A DNA stretch of 63,362 nt, filler included, from Reticulomyxa filosa (GCA_000512085.1; 18 parts of 18 records of this genome joined end to end with filler, not necessarily neighbours in it), one strand, 5' to 3'; counted from the whole stretch's first letter, positions 38,100-50,371 are shown. The notes: generated by a model from the sequence alone, not told the origin. Translations and numbers: made by a program.

Positions 38100-39191
38100 C
38101 CCAGGTGATGATCCGCATGGAAGACGCCGGCCGCTTCAAGTACTGGCTGTTCCATTACTTCATGAACCACGCCCGCCGCGTGGGCACCGACATCCTGGAA
38201 GGCAAGCCGGTAGGCTTCTGGGACCGCCTGGGCTACAAGCTGGGCGAATACCTGGTGTACGGCCCGGTGAAGAACGTGCTGGGTTTCACCCGCCTGAAGC
38301 TGGCCTATACCGCAGGCGAAGCCATCGGCCCCGAACTGTTCGACTTCTACCGCGCCATCGGCGTCAACATCAAGCAGCTGTACGGCCAGACCGAGGCCTA
38401 CGTGATGGTGTGCGTACACCCCAACGACAAAGTAAAGCCGGACACCGTGGGCGTGCCGGTGCCCGGCGTGGAAGTGAAAATTGCCGACAACGGCGAGGTA
38501 CTGTTCCGCGGCCCCGGCACCTTCCACAGCTACTGGCAGCGCCCGGACGCCACCAGCGAAACCCGTAACGACGAAGGCTGGGTGTTCAGCGGCGACGCCG
38601 GCTACTTCGACGAAGACGGCCAGCTGAAGATCATCGACCGCGCCAAAGACGTTGGCCGCCTGCGCGACGGCAGCCTGTTTGCGCCCAAGTACCTGGAAAA
38701 CAAGCTGAAGTTCTTCCAGCACATCAAGGAAGTGGTCGCCTTCGGCGACGGCCGCGACTACGCCACCGCCTTCATCAACATCGACCTCACCGCAGTAGGC
38801 AACTGGGCCGAAAAACGCGGCCTGGCCTACACCGGCTACACCGACCTGGCCGGCCAGGAGCCGGTGTACGAGCTGATCCGCGAGTGCATCGAGAAAATGA
38901 ACGCCGACCTGGCGCGCGACCCCAAGCTGCACGGCAGCCAGATCAAGCGCTACCTGATCCTGCACAAGGACTGGACGCCGACGACGGCGAGCTACCCGCA
39001 CCCGCAAGGTACGGCGCAAGTTCATCGCCGAACGCTACGCACCGCTGATCGAGGCCCTGTACGACAACAGCCGCGAGTGCAGCATCGACACCGTGGTGAA
39101 ATTCGAAGACGGCCGCAGCGGCCAACTGCGCGCCACGCTGCAGATCCGCGACGCCCGCACCTTTAGCGCCATCAGCCAGGAGGCCGCATGA
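38100..39191 (+). CDS. Bacterial long-chain fatty acyl-CoA synthetase (AMP-binding), 5'-truncated, two 1-nt deletions near 38968-38994
   Basis: YTAGEAIG, QLYGQTE, SGDAGYFD, IIDRAKD, PKYLENKLK. The corrected frame gives ELDADDGELTRTRKVRR...FEDGRSG and stops at 39191. High GC, G/C-ending codons, no introns. Confidence 0.92.
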
Positions 39192-39231
39192 ACCCGCACC
39201 GCAAAATCGGCGACGTCATCCTGCAAGCCGA
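39188..39231 (+). CDS. Start of next bacterial operon gene, probably a LivG/BraF-type ABC ATPase
   Basis: ATGA start/stop overlap, AGGAGG Shine-Dalgarno just upstream, MNPHRKIGDVILQA. This gene order is typical for this synthetase subfamily. Confidence 0.55.
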
Positions 39232-39381
39232 NNNNNNNNNNNNNNNNNNNNNNNNNNNNNNNNNNNNNNNNNNNNTTAATTAATTAANNNNNNNNNNNNN
39301 NNNNNNNNNNNNNNNNNNNNNNNNNNNNNNNCTTTAAATCAAAAGAAAACTTTTTTTTTTTTTTTGAAACATGTGAAAAAG

Positions 39382-40722
39382 GTTTCTGTCAACGAAAAAG
39401 AAACAAAGGCAATTGAAGAGATTGCGATTGGAGATGCTGTAATGTCATACAATTGCAAAACAGGCTCGTTGGACTCAACTGTGGTTCGGCGTGTCGACAC
39501 GTACCAAGTTAACGAGTTTGCGGCCATTCGTTTGTCCAATGGCCAAACACTGACGACGACGGTAAATCATCCCATTTTCGTGAAAGGCTGCAACGGGTAT
39601 TGCTGTGTGGAGCCAAACGGCGCGTATCCTCGGGCTTTGGCAGTTGGAGATGAAGTCGTCCTCTTTGCCAATGATTGCGATTGCCGTTCCTTAAAGAGTG
39701 TTTTCGTCTCAAGTATTAATGTGCAATTGGTACATTCGGACCAAACTTCACAGCTGCCAAAGGTATTTGCGGTGTACGTTGCATCTCCAAACAAAAACAT
39801 GTTTGCAAACGGGGTGTTGGTACACAATGGAAGCGGCGAGGTGGACCTTGAACCTGTTATTATCAAAGTCAGGGTCAGAGAGTTCCCTTTTTGTTCCCAA
39901 TGTCAATTTGATGAAGCCATGGACTGTGCACGTGTCATGAGAGGGGATTATCAGTGCTCTCGTTGTCGTCAAAGCATATATTTTGGAAATGTAATATATC
40001 AATGGTAAAAAAAAAAAAAAAAAGAGTAGTTTATAATTTTTTTGTTTTTTCTTTTCTCCTCCCTCCCAAAAAAACTTTCAAACAGCCCAAAAGACTCTGC
40101 TCACATATTGTGTGGGCCGTGCGGGAAAGAGGCACTGAAATTCAAAGAAATGGATGATTTCACTTTACCTGTCGTACGGGATAAACGTTATCCCGTGCGT
40201 GTTACTTTGCAATATTACAAAGCCACCAGTAACGGAGTTGTAACCGATGAAGTAATGGCAGAAATCAAAAGCACAAATTGATAATTCTCAAAAGCAAGCC
40301 GATTTTATTGGTTCTTTGGTTACAGATGGTTTGACAGAAAGACCTACTGATTGGGTGTCCAAAGGCATCGAAAAAATTGCATCAAGTTTGCCTTGTCTCA
40401 TTTTCGAAAAGAAAAAACCTTCAATTTTAGATATTAAAAAAAAACAAAAAAATTTATAGGTAGTGATAATGACAAACACTTGAAAGAAGCGTTAGTAAAC
40501 TTGGGATTGTATGACACCTATTATATAAGTTTTAAAACCAGCACAGTCGATGACGAAGTGTTGTTGACATTAACTGAAAAGGACTTGAATAAATTGTTGC
40601 CAAAGGCTGAAGATTATACCAAATTTCGTCAATGGCTGGAAGAATACAAAACAATGCTCAAGCTTTTGAATGAAGAAGAGCCTGATACTGGTTTTGGAGT
40701 GGATAACAACATCTTTTTTTGA
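39382..40722 (+). CDS. Hint (intein-like) domain, Cys-rich Zn finger, uncharacterised domain and SAM domain protein; 5'-truncated; frameshift near 40268
   Basis: KAIEEIAIGDAVMSYN, LTTTVNHPIFV, LAVGDEV and NMFANGVLVHN|G. Then CSQC..CSRC..C, then RDKRYPVRVTLQYYKATSNGVV...ADFIGSLV, then LKEALVNLGLYDTYYISF...VDDEVLLTLTEKDLNKL. Confidence 0.85.
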
Positions 40723-40878
40723 CACTTTTTTCGGAAAAAGGGCAGATTTTGTCTTTCTTAAATGTAGAATTGAACACAAGCATAAATTGAAGAATTCATT
40801 TAATAAAAAAAAATTTTGTACTTCAGAGGGACAAACACTATTTCAAAAAAAAAATGAAGATACACATTTTTTAACAAA

Positions 40879-41393
40879 TCACTTGGATTCACTTTTTGAA
40901 TCAGAAGCGTTTGAATTTAATTTTGGATAAGCAAGACTTACCAAAAGCTCTTGAGGCATAAATATCCTTCCGTTTGTTCCTTGAACTTGTTTGGGATGCA
41001 ATAGTTGAAAATCAAAAGATTGGAAAAAATGAAAGAGAAATATTTTCCCCGTGAGCAAGGCGATATCTCTACCTAAACATGGTCTTTGAGACACATTAAA
41101 TTGGCCAAACACATATGGCGATGCAGTATTCAATAGCTTGTCCCACCAACGTAATGGATCAAACTTCAGACTGTCTTTCCACACATAACTGACACGACTC
41201 AACGTATAATTGTGCACGCAGACGTTGGTACCTTTTCTCAAAATGTGGTTCACAGAACTGGTGGTATCACCCTCCACAGTGGCATAATAATTTCGAGCTG
41301 GAAGACACACATCTTCCTTCAAACATCCGTGTAGCCATAATACCGGTGGATATAACCTCAATGTTTCCAGCAATACGCATTCCAAATAGCGAA

Positions 41394-41397
<4 letters not shown>
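40879..41397 (-). CDS. Cytochrome P450, last exon
   Basis: ExxR motif ETLRLYPPV, FDPLRW and heme motif FNVSQRPCLG. Confidence 0.92.
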
Positions 41398-41435
<38 letters not shown>

Positions 41436-41582
41436 NNNNNNNNNNNNNNNNNNNNNNNNNNNNNNNNNNNNNNNNNNNNTTAATTAATTAANNNNNNNNN
41501 NNNNNNNNNNNNNNNNNNNNNNNNNNNNNNNNNNNAATAAGGAAAACATTAACTTACATGAAATGCGTGGATAATACAATTA

Positions 41583-43321
41583 CAGTAAAATGCAAAGTAA
41601 AGTTGACACATAAAACGGTACCTTATATGATAATTGATTTTATTCATGAAAAAACAACAAATCATTTTTTTTTTTAAAATATCTAATAATCGTGTATTTT
41701 TTAAATATTATTTTGAATTTTTTTTTTTAATTTTTCATAATTATTTCAATATTTTGTCCTTTATTTTTGGCTTAGTATAGTCCGATATTTGATATTTTTA
41801 GTCATTTTGATTTTTTTTGAAAATGACTAGAGTTGATAATTTTAACAAATGTCGTGATGTTGAGCTGTTGCATCAGTGCTAGAGTTTGCGCAAAGTTGAA
41901 AAAAAAATTTTGTGAGTCGTGAATGTGTAAATAGAAGCTGACGTTCAATGCTGAAAAAGTTATTAAGAAAAAACTAAGAAAAGGTCTTTCATTAAAAGTA
42001 ACATAGCGAATTCAACGTCTTGTTACACTATGGATGATTACTGTCAGATATGTTAAAGGTGAAAACGTGAAAAGATAATTTTAAAAAGAAAGTTTTGCTT
42101 TTATTTCATGCGCAACAATAACCATTATGCTTCGGAAAAATAGATTGAACTATTTTTAACAAAAAAAATAAGAAAACAATACTTGATTTTGAGAAGAAGT
42201 ACAATGAATGGGTATTCGATGATTTGAAAAAAGTGCTTTTCTCTGATGAAAGCAAAACTAATTTAAAAGATATTAATTGAAGTAGTCATACATGTAAGAG
42301 ATCATGAGCACTTACCGAAAATGAAATCATAAAAACGTCAAAATTTAGTGGTAGCAGTATAATTGTATGGTCTTACTTTGGAGTGTTATGACCTGGGCAA
42401 AATGTAAAATTGATGAAAGTGTTAATGCAGATATTTACAAAGAAAGCATTGATTGGTGTTTAGAATATAATAAATATTGTATATTTCATCAAGACAATGC
42501 CACCGGCCACACCAATTACAGTAAAAGAATAGTTTTAAAAAAATAATATCAAAGTGTTGAATTTCCTTCTAAATTCTACATACCTGAACACAATAGAAAA
42601 TCTTTGACAAATATTGAAAACAAAAATATATAAAAATGGACCATTCAGATCAAAAGAAAAACTTTGAAAATAATTTAAATTAGAATGTGAAAAAATTGCA
42701 AAGAGACATGCACAAATTTAATAAAATCAATGTCGGTGCGAATACAAGCATTATTCAATGCAAAGAGTTTTTTCAGTGAAAATTATCATTTGATTAAATC
42801 AAACTTACCACAAAAAAAATTTTCAGTTCTTAAGCTTTTGAATTAACTTGAATTGTTTGTCATTGGACAAAAAAGGCAAAAAAACCAATGATGAGTGTAG
42901 ACAAAGCAAACAGTAGTCAAAAACTATCATGCATTCACAATGTACAAGCTTTGAAAATAACATTAAATTCTGCAAAAAAATTTTTGATAACAAAAAATTG
43001 AGTTTTCTCAAAAACTACGCAACGTAGAATGCTAATTTTAAAACAAATCTACACATTGAGACTTTCTGAAAATGCTTAAAAAAAAGTTTGCAAATTTCAT
43101 GATTACGACACATTGCCAACTTTTTCTCGAAAATTTTCAAAAATTAATAAATATTCAAATTTTTTAAACAATTAGGAAAGATGTAATAAAAAACTAAATT
43201 CAAAATTATATTTAAAAATTACATGATTCGTGATATTTTTTTAAAATAAAAAAATATGTCTGTATGTTGTTTTTTCATGAAGAAAATCAACCATCTCTAT
43301 AAGATCCTTTGCATTCTACTG
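41583..43321 (+). mobile_element. Full-span decayed Tc1 (DDE) transposon with long imperfect TIRs and TA target duplication
   Basis: TA|CAGTAAAATGCAAAG...CTTTGCATTCTACTG|TA. Transposase relics KVLFSDESK, KFSGSSIIVWSYF, IFHQDNATGHT and FPSNSTYLNTIENL* carry many stops. Confidence 0.92.
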
Positions 43322-43422
43322 TATTTGTATATTTAGATTTTTTAAAAACAGCCATGTCAAATTATTTTTTATTCACAAGTAAAAAACATTAAACTATTCC
43401 ATCACAAGCAATTTTTCAACTA

Positions 43423-43464
43423 CAGTAGATTGCAAAGAAAACTGAACGCCTAAAACGATATCTT
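43423..43464 (+). mobile_element. Start of another Tc1-like TIR
   Basis: TA|CAGTAGATTGCAAAGAAAACTGAACGCCTAAAACGATATC, near-identical to the copy at 36694. Confidence 0.8.
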
Positions 43465-44291
43465 NNNNNNNNNNNNNNNNNNNNNNNNNNNNNNNNNNNN
43501 NNNNNNNNTTAATTAATTAANNNNNNNNNNNNNNNNNNNNNNNNNNNNNNNNNNNNNNNNNNNNTTTTTTTTTTCCTTCGGGCGAAAACTTGAGAAAGTT
43601 CTTTGAACATTAAACATATGGAAGGAACTTTATCAAAGAAATACTTCAATAGTATAACCAAATCAGTCAAAAAGTAGTATTTTATACAATATTTTACAAA
43701 AATGTTAAAAAGGGCTGTCCTGTTGCTAGCACAGGTTCAACAAATCGCACATTTTTGATCCCCTTTTTTTTAATTTTTTTTTTCACTAACAAAAGACATT
43801 TACACTAATATACGCCTTAAAAAAAACTTCTTGCGAATCAATCTGTGCATCAGAGAGTACAGAAAAGATTGTTTGTTCACGATGCCTGATTCGAAAATGC
43901 ACGAGTGAATTAGCCAAAAGAAAAAACATTAAAAAAATACGGAAAAATGACAACCTACATTATGTCAAATATCGTAAGGGAAAAAAAATAAAGAAAATTG
44001 AAGGTATGAAAAAATGGCTTGAAGAAAAAAAGTATTTCTCATCCGATTGTTGGGTTTTTTATACGACAAAAGAAAAGAACAAAACGCCAACAACACAGCA
44101 GCAAAAAATGTTAGTCCCACACAAACAAGATGCACGCTATCACCCAAATCTTTTTTCATATGATTTTTTTTTAAAAAAATTTTCATTAACAGGACGTACA
44201 CAATTTTTTATTTGTTTTTTTTTTTTTGCACCCCTTCCCCCCTTTTTTTTTTTTGTTTGTTGTTATTCTCTGTTCTCAGGATAAGGTCGCA

Positions 44292-45228
44292 TTACGAACC
44301 AGAAAAAGATCCGGTTCCCCCCAGAATGCCAAGCACGATAACCAAGAGAAGAGCCAAGCAAATGCACAAAAGCATGAACTTGCATTTTCTACCTTTCTTT
44401 TGACTTTCTTCGGCTTTTTCCAAATTTTTGGTGGCTTGTCCGACTTTTTCAGAAGTCTGTTGAACATTATAGTCAATGTTGTCGATCATTTCTTGTTGTT
44501 GACCTGTCAAAAAGTTTAATTCGTCCCACATGGCTCGCAACTCTTCCAAGCTGTCATAAATGTTTCTCATTCCTTGCGTGCGTGATTCGATTTCGGCAAG
44601 TCTGTCCATCATGGCATCGCCCACATCGACCATTTGAAAGGATTCTTGGATATACGCTTGAGCCTTGTTCGGATCGCTCACAAGCTTTTCGATTTCCTCA
44701 TTCGACAAGTCCTGGTCAATGGCCCCAATCAATCGCTTTTGTCGTCCTTTCAACTCATTGTTGAACTGAGTCAATGACGATTGGAATCTGTTCGACGCTT
44801 GTTGGAATTTGCGAGCACATGCATTCCATTCGTTTATTTTCATTTGAACTACACTCGAACCCGACTTTGTCACATTATCTTTGTCGTTTGCGAGTTTCAA
44901 CTTTTTCAACTTTGTCTTTGCTGATTCCGCTGCTTTCTTGTTCTCTGTAATCACTGTCGTCAATTGCTTCAACGCTTGTTGCTCTTCTGACTTGTCCATT
45001 GCTCGCCGAAACGGGATTTCACGCTATCCACCTTTGCCGCGTTCTCTTCCACTTTTTCATGTCTTGCTTCACGTCCTCATATGCCTTCATCGACATCTCA
45101 TCGTCTTCTTGGTGGAAGTTCAGCTCCACTTCGTCGTCCGATTGCTCTCTGTCCAATTTCGCGGGCTTTCCGTTCTTTCCTGTCTTTGAAGCGCCACTTA
45201 CGCGCCCCATCAAATTTACACCTGCCAT
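44292..45228 (-). CDS. Syntaxin (Qa-SNARE, plasma-membrane type), frameshift near 45055
   Basis: Habc helices, SNARE motif LAEIESR...QQQEMIDNIDYNV and a C-terminal TM. One extra A joins ORF 45019..45228 to ORF 44292..44999. Confidence 0.9.
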
Positions 45229-45624
45229 GAGATCAAGTTTTTTGTTTGCTTGTATGCGAGTTTTTTTGGATTTTGTCCGGAGGATAAAAACAGGCCTATT
45301 GGCTGGATGTTTTTTTTAATAAAAAAATATTAATGGGGAAACCCCCTTTGGCCGGAACCACCGAAAGCAGAAACAAAAAAAATAAGTATCCAACATAAAT
45401 ACTTTCTTTTAAAAAAATCAGGAGATTATATATGAAATTTGGTGTGGTTGATTTCGGTCGAAAGTATTGTATATTTTTATGTTAGTTCCCTTGCGTTATT
45501 AACGGCAAAACCAGTTTTTAAATTTCTTCCAGTCATAATACTTAAAAAATAAAAAAAAAACAGCAGCAAGAACCAACAAATGACCGAATACCATGTCAAG
45601 CAAAAAAAAAAACAAAAAAGGTTG

Positions 45625-46298
45625 CTATTGTTCCAAAAGCATGTGAACATTTCTTAAATGTCTCTTCAAATTACTTGAATTAGCGAAATCCGAGAAACAA
45701 ACGTCACAGCTGTGTATTCTACGATCTTTGGAAGGTAAGTGTGTCTGCGAGTGCATTTGAAGCGAGTATTTTCTGGATCAATGCATACAAACATACACGT
45801 AAGTACAATGGACATATACAATAAATATGTAAAAACATAATATACTAACAATTACTCACAATATATATATACGTGCATATACACATATATATATATATAT
45901 ATGTATATATAATTACATATTAAACAACGAACTAAACGTGAGAAATGATCGTTGACAAATCTGGCATAAAAAAGACCGAACGCCGGAATGGTACACTCGA
46001 ATATGTTTTCGCAACGAGCGTCGATTGGCATATAATTTTTGACAGCAAAGACAGACATGGCACAGATTGCCATCGTTTTTGTAGCACTTTGCCTTGTGAC
46101 AACGAAAGTCACGACTAGTGTTGTCACTCTTCTCCGAGCCCTTTTTAAAGGCATGGGCTTGGACTCGGTGATACCGCAATTCAAACTCGTCCTTAAATAC
46201 TTTGCAACACACATTGCAACCCAATCGTATCCCTTGTTTGTGGTCAAACAATTCTTGCTTGCACGAGAACAGAATCAGGCATTTGGGACATAGAAACG
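45625..46298 (-). CDS. C2H2 zinc-finger protein, last two exons
   Basis: CNVCCKVF..H..H; CLCCQKLY..H..H; CQICQRSFLT|KYSLQMHSQTH; CDVCFSDFANSSNLKRHLRNVH. Confidence 0.85.
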
Positions 46299-46306
46299 CT
46301 AATTAT

Positions 46307-46345
<39 letters not shown>

Positions 46346-46559
46346 NNNNNNNNNNNNNNNNNNNNNNNNNNNNNNNNNNNNNNNNNNNNTTAATTAATTA
46401 ANNNNNNNNNNNNNNNNNNNNNNNNNNNNNNNNNNNNNNNNNNNNTTTTTTGGTGAGCATTAATGTTCCAAAGAATACGTACGTATCCCCTCCATTCCAT
46501 AAAACATCAAAAAAAATTCGTAACTTAAAAAAACAAAACAAAACAAAACAAAAAAAAAG

Positions 46560-48740
46560 GGTACAGCCCAGCAAACGCAGTTGGAAATATTCATCACGAT
46601 GATATGGACAATCCACAAGTGCAGAAAGAACAGAAAGGAAGAAGAACAAAAGGATGAAATTCCAATGTGCAGCTACAAATTCAGAGAAGTAGAGTTTGGT
46701 CAAGACCTGCAAAAAACAATATGTTTGTTCTCCGTCGTGATGAGGACTCCTTTGTCGTAAGCGAAGAGTATGGCTTCGTGCTACTGTTTTTGGCTCCAAA
46801 TGCATTGGAGAGCATTTGGAAAGTGTATTGCATTAGCATATCACCATATCACAATATTAGCGGCAACAACCGTGTGTACGTCGACTACTGGGATGAAAAA
46901 GCCTTTGACCGATATAACAATATCGAAGGCAATGTCGGGTTGTTAGGGGAAGCGTTGTTGCGACCTGTGCAACAACAGCTTATCCTCAACATGGGTAGAC
47001 TCACACCGGCGTCGTTCAGCTTGTTCACAAGCTCAGAGCATTTGAAGATGACCGCGAACAAAACAAGGAATAGTAGTCATTTCTTTATTCACAAAAGCCC
47101 TCAGCTCCACAAGAGCAAAAGTGATTCAAATTGGAAAATGCAAGCCATATTACAAGCCAAAAAAAAAAGAACAGCCACACATTCCACAAGTTCACAAAAC
47201 GAAAAAAGCTTGTGCACTGAACATGTGGCTTTGAGACAATATAGTAATGAACAGACTATTCCCGCAACAGACTACACACCACTCGTTTCATTTTCATGCA
47301 CTGGTAAGGCTACTTAATTAATTATTCGTTTATTCAATTGTTTTTTGTTTTTTTTTGTTTTTGTTTTTGGTAACCTTTCAAAAAAAAAAAAACGTGAAAT
47401 AGAGCAATCAGTCCAATTGAATCCATTAGAATTTGGCATTGAAAACGATGCTACCGATCAGTCAACACAACATATTGACTGCAATAGTGGCAAAGCTAAG
47501 GAACAGAGTGGTGACTTAGTAGTCGACATGCCCTCGACAGCAAACAAGAGTGTAATAGGAACAAAAGGACGTGGGAAGCATAAGCACGACCAAGGTGTCA
47601 CTGACGGTGAGATTGACGAAGATGCTGATCACGTGTTCCCATTTCGATTTGGAAGTGACAGACTCTATTCTAATAATGAGAGTGGCAACGAACATGCAAG
47701 AGCAAATAAAGAGTCAGTTGCAGACGAGCATTACATGCAAGTGATAGAGACCGAATTGGTCAATGACACACATGAGCAATCGTATAACGATGTTGCAATA
47801 AGTGACAAAGACTGTTCTGCCAAAGGCGGTTTGCCACGTGAAGAGAGTGATGAGGATATTGCTAACAATGAAGATGAAGAGGATGACGATGATGATGATG
47901 ATGATGATGATGACGAAAGCCTTCGCATCCATGAAAAACTTACCTCAAATATGTTACTTGCAGATTGTAGCCACCCTTATTTGGCCAAGTCTGCATGCAC
48001 GCCTTTGCAAACTGCATGCATTTACGCTGGTGCAAAAGGGTCATGCTTTTACATTAAAACACTGAAAGTCAGAGTCTACACTTTAGAAGGTAAATCCGCT
48101 CGTTTAATTTATTTTCAAATATATACATATATGTATATGTACATACATGTAAAAAAAAAAAAGGGAATCAAATTCTTTTGAAAATTGTTTAATTTTTCAC
48201 GCTTACACCTTTTTTTTTTGGTGACTCTTTTTTTTTTTAGAGTCATTAAAGGTTGGAGCCATTATTGATGCTAGAGATTTTACTGGAAAGTGGTACCAAG
48301 CAGAAGTAATAAAAGTGATTGACCACAGAGGAAGAGAGTCATCAATGCTGAGCGAAACGAACCCATTGCTCGTTCGACGAGTCAAAATCCATTACTTAGG
48401 GTATTCCGCAAATTACGATGAGTGGCTGGACGTGGACACGGATTCACATCGTATTGCGCAACGTGGTGTTTACACTGTTGGCCCAGACTTGCGAAGTATT
48501 CGACGGCATGCGCAGCAATTGGCCGCGTTTCCGCTGCTACAAAGTACCTTCAATAATGCCAATCATTTGTTAAATGTTAATAGTGACAATGCTGAACCAC
48601 GTCCTGGAGTTGCACAACCATCAACATTTCGACGTCAGCTTCACGTTCTTTCAATGCCGAGACTTTTTTTGAGATCACAACAAGAGCTGGCTGATCTTGT
48701 TGCTCAAGGACAAGTACGTCAAGACAGAAATCTAAACTAA
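46560..48740 (+). CDS. Multi-exon protein with C-terminal Tudor-knot/Agenet-like domain, 5'-truncated
   Basis: LKVGAIIDARDFTGKWYQAEV...VKIHYLGYSANYDEWLD..SHRIAQRG, with a poly-Asp tract at about 47880-47915. Confidence 0.7.
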
Positions 48741-49654
48741 ATTGGATAAAATACATTTCGTCTCATTTCAAGTTCGTGGATCGTTTTTCATTTTTTTTTT
48801 TTCTAGAAAAAAGAAACTATTAAATCCGAAAAACTACTGGAATTTGTCGTATCATTTCAAGTTGTTATTGCTTTAGTTTACCCTGTAAAGTGGTGAAATT
48901 TACTGATTGAACCCTTGTATTAAGTTTTTTGTTTGTGAAATTGTTTCCATAATTTGCTTTCTTTTTTTTCTGTTGTTGGTTTTCCTTGGGAAAATAAAAT
49001 AAAGTGAGGCCTTTTACCCTGCTTTTGGGTTGTTTATGTTATTGTAAAATTTTTGGTCTACTTTTAATGTATGTGTTGTCGCTGTGACATAAATAATGAA
49101 ACATTTGATTCATTGTGTTTTCTTTCCTTACGTTTTGTGTAAAATATCAAACTTTTAGAAATAATGAAATAACAATTTAAAAACATTTTTTTGACAGAAA
49201 AAAAGTGTAACAAGAATAAACCATTTAAAAATGCAAACTAACAAAAAAGGATTACAATTCTAAATATGCTAATGGAAAGCGTTTTAAAACAAACTAAAGA
49301 GTAACAAAGTTCGGGAAGGGTCATTCAGTTAAAAAAAAACTGGTTTTGAACTTGAAGAAAATAATCATGTCGAAAATTTCATTTATTGAATCTGTTGCGT
49401 TAAAAGAGTCTCATCCCTTTTTTGTTTTTCTTTTCTCAAAAAAAGTTTCTGTTTACTGTTTTTGAACGTAAATTTAAATTTCGGGTAGAAAAGTACGGTT
49501 ACGTATCCAAAAAAAATTCAACAAGTGGTTGAGTATGTGGCAGAAAACTCAATATCCGTAGTTGGAAAAAGTTATTTATTTATTTTTTTTTTTTCTACTC
49601 TCTTGTGCAAGCCTTGAGAGCATAACTCTATCGTCGACACAATCGATAATAGAA

Positions 49655-50371
49655 ATGGTGTACAAGCCAATGAAGGCACTGTCAACACTCCACCAATTGA
49701 AATTTAGTGACACCTTAGCCACATTTGATCTGGAGTATACCACTACAAATGGTAGATATCATGCGAGCATTTTGAGAGGCTTATTGTATTTGGGTGTTGA
49801 CGGATTGGATGAATGCCATGATATTGTAAAAAAAAAAAAATAATAATAATTTATTTTTTTAAGACGTGGCAATATTGTGCAACTTTGATGGTCTATGGGG
49901 ACGGGAACAAAAAAAAAAAAAAAAAAGGTGACACCTTTGAGTTGGCCATCCTCAACGTCATTTGGAGGTGACCCAATTAAAAATGTGGACAGAAACGTAG
50001 GGAATCTGGCATGTTATGCACATGCACTGGTGCACCGACGAGAAGGTCAGAATGTGGGCGAATTTGGAACCGGATGGAACAATTCTTTGTACTGGTTCAG
50101 CAACACAAATGGCATTGAAGAAGTCGGAAATGATCTGCAGAACATGACCGTGAAGATTTATAATTCTGAAGAAAAATTTGGCAAAAATGAGTTGCTGAAA
50201 AATTTTGTCGACAGTCTTACGAAAAGTAAAAAATGGGACCATAGCAAATTTGTTCATTTATGTGAAAATGCTGTCAAAAATAAAAACGACACTAACATGC
50301 AATTTTGTCAACAACTCATTAATCAAGAGTGGAAAATGCTTGTTGACTATACCTATCGCCAAGTAAAATGA
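49655..50371 (+). CDS. Conserved hypothetical protein (DECH / HRREG / YWF motifs)
   Basis: GLLYLGVDGLDECHDI|VTPLSW...YAHALVHRREG...NSLYWF, with an intron at about 49826-49927. The true start may lie upstream. Confidence 0.7.

Noticed and set aside
38048-39025. 325-aa minus-strand ORF in the bacterial contig
   Set aside because: It is the antisense shadow typical of high-GC coding DNA.
36996-40722. ART-Kelch, acyl-CoA synthetase and Hint gene as one toxin or defence locus
   Set aside because: They lie on three separate contigs joined by spacers, so the neighbourhood is artificial.
3855-45060. Programmed ribosomal frameshifting in many genes (about 3860, 12187, 13890, 24293, 37535, 40268, 45055)
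   Set aside because: Nearly all are 1-nt indels at homopolymers, and the bacterial contig has them too. Pyrosequencing-type error is the simpler explanation.
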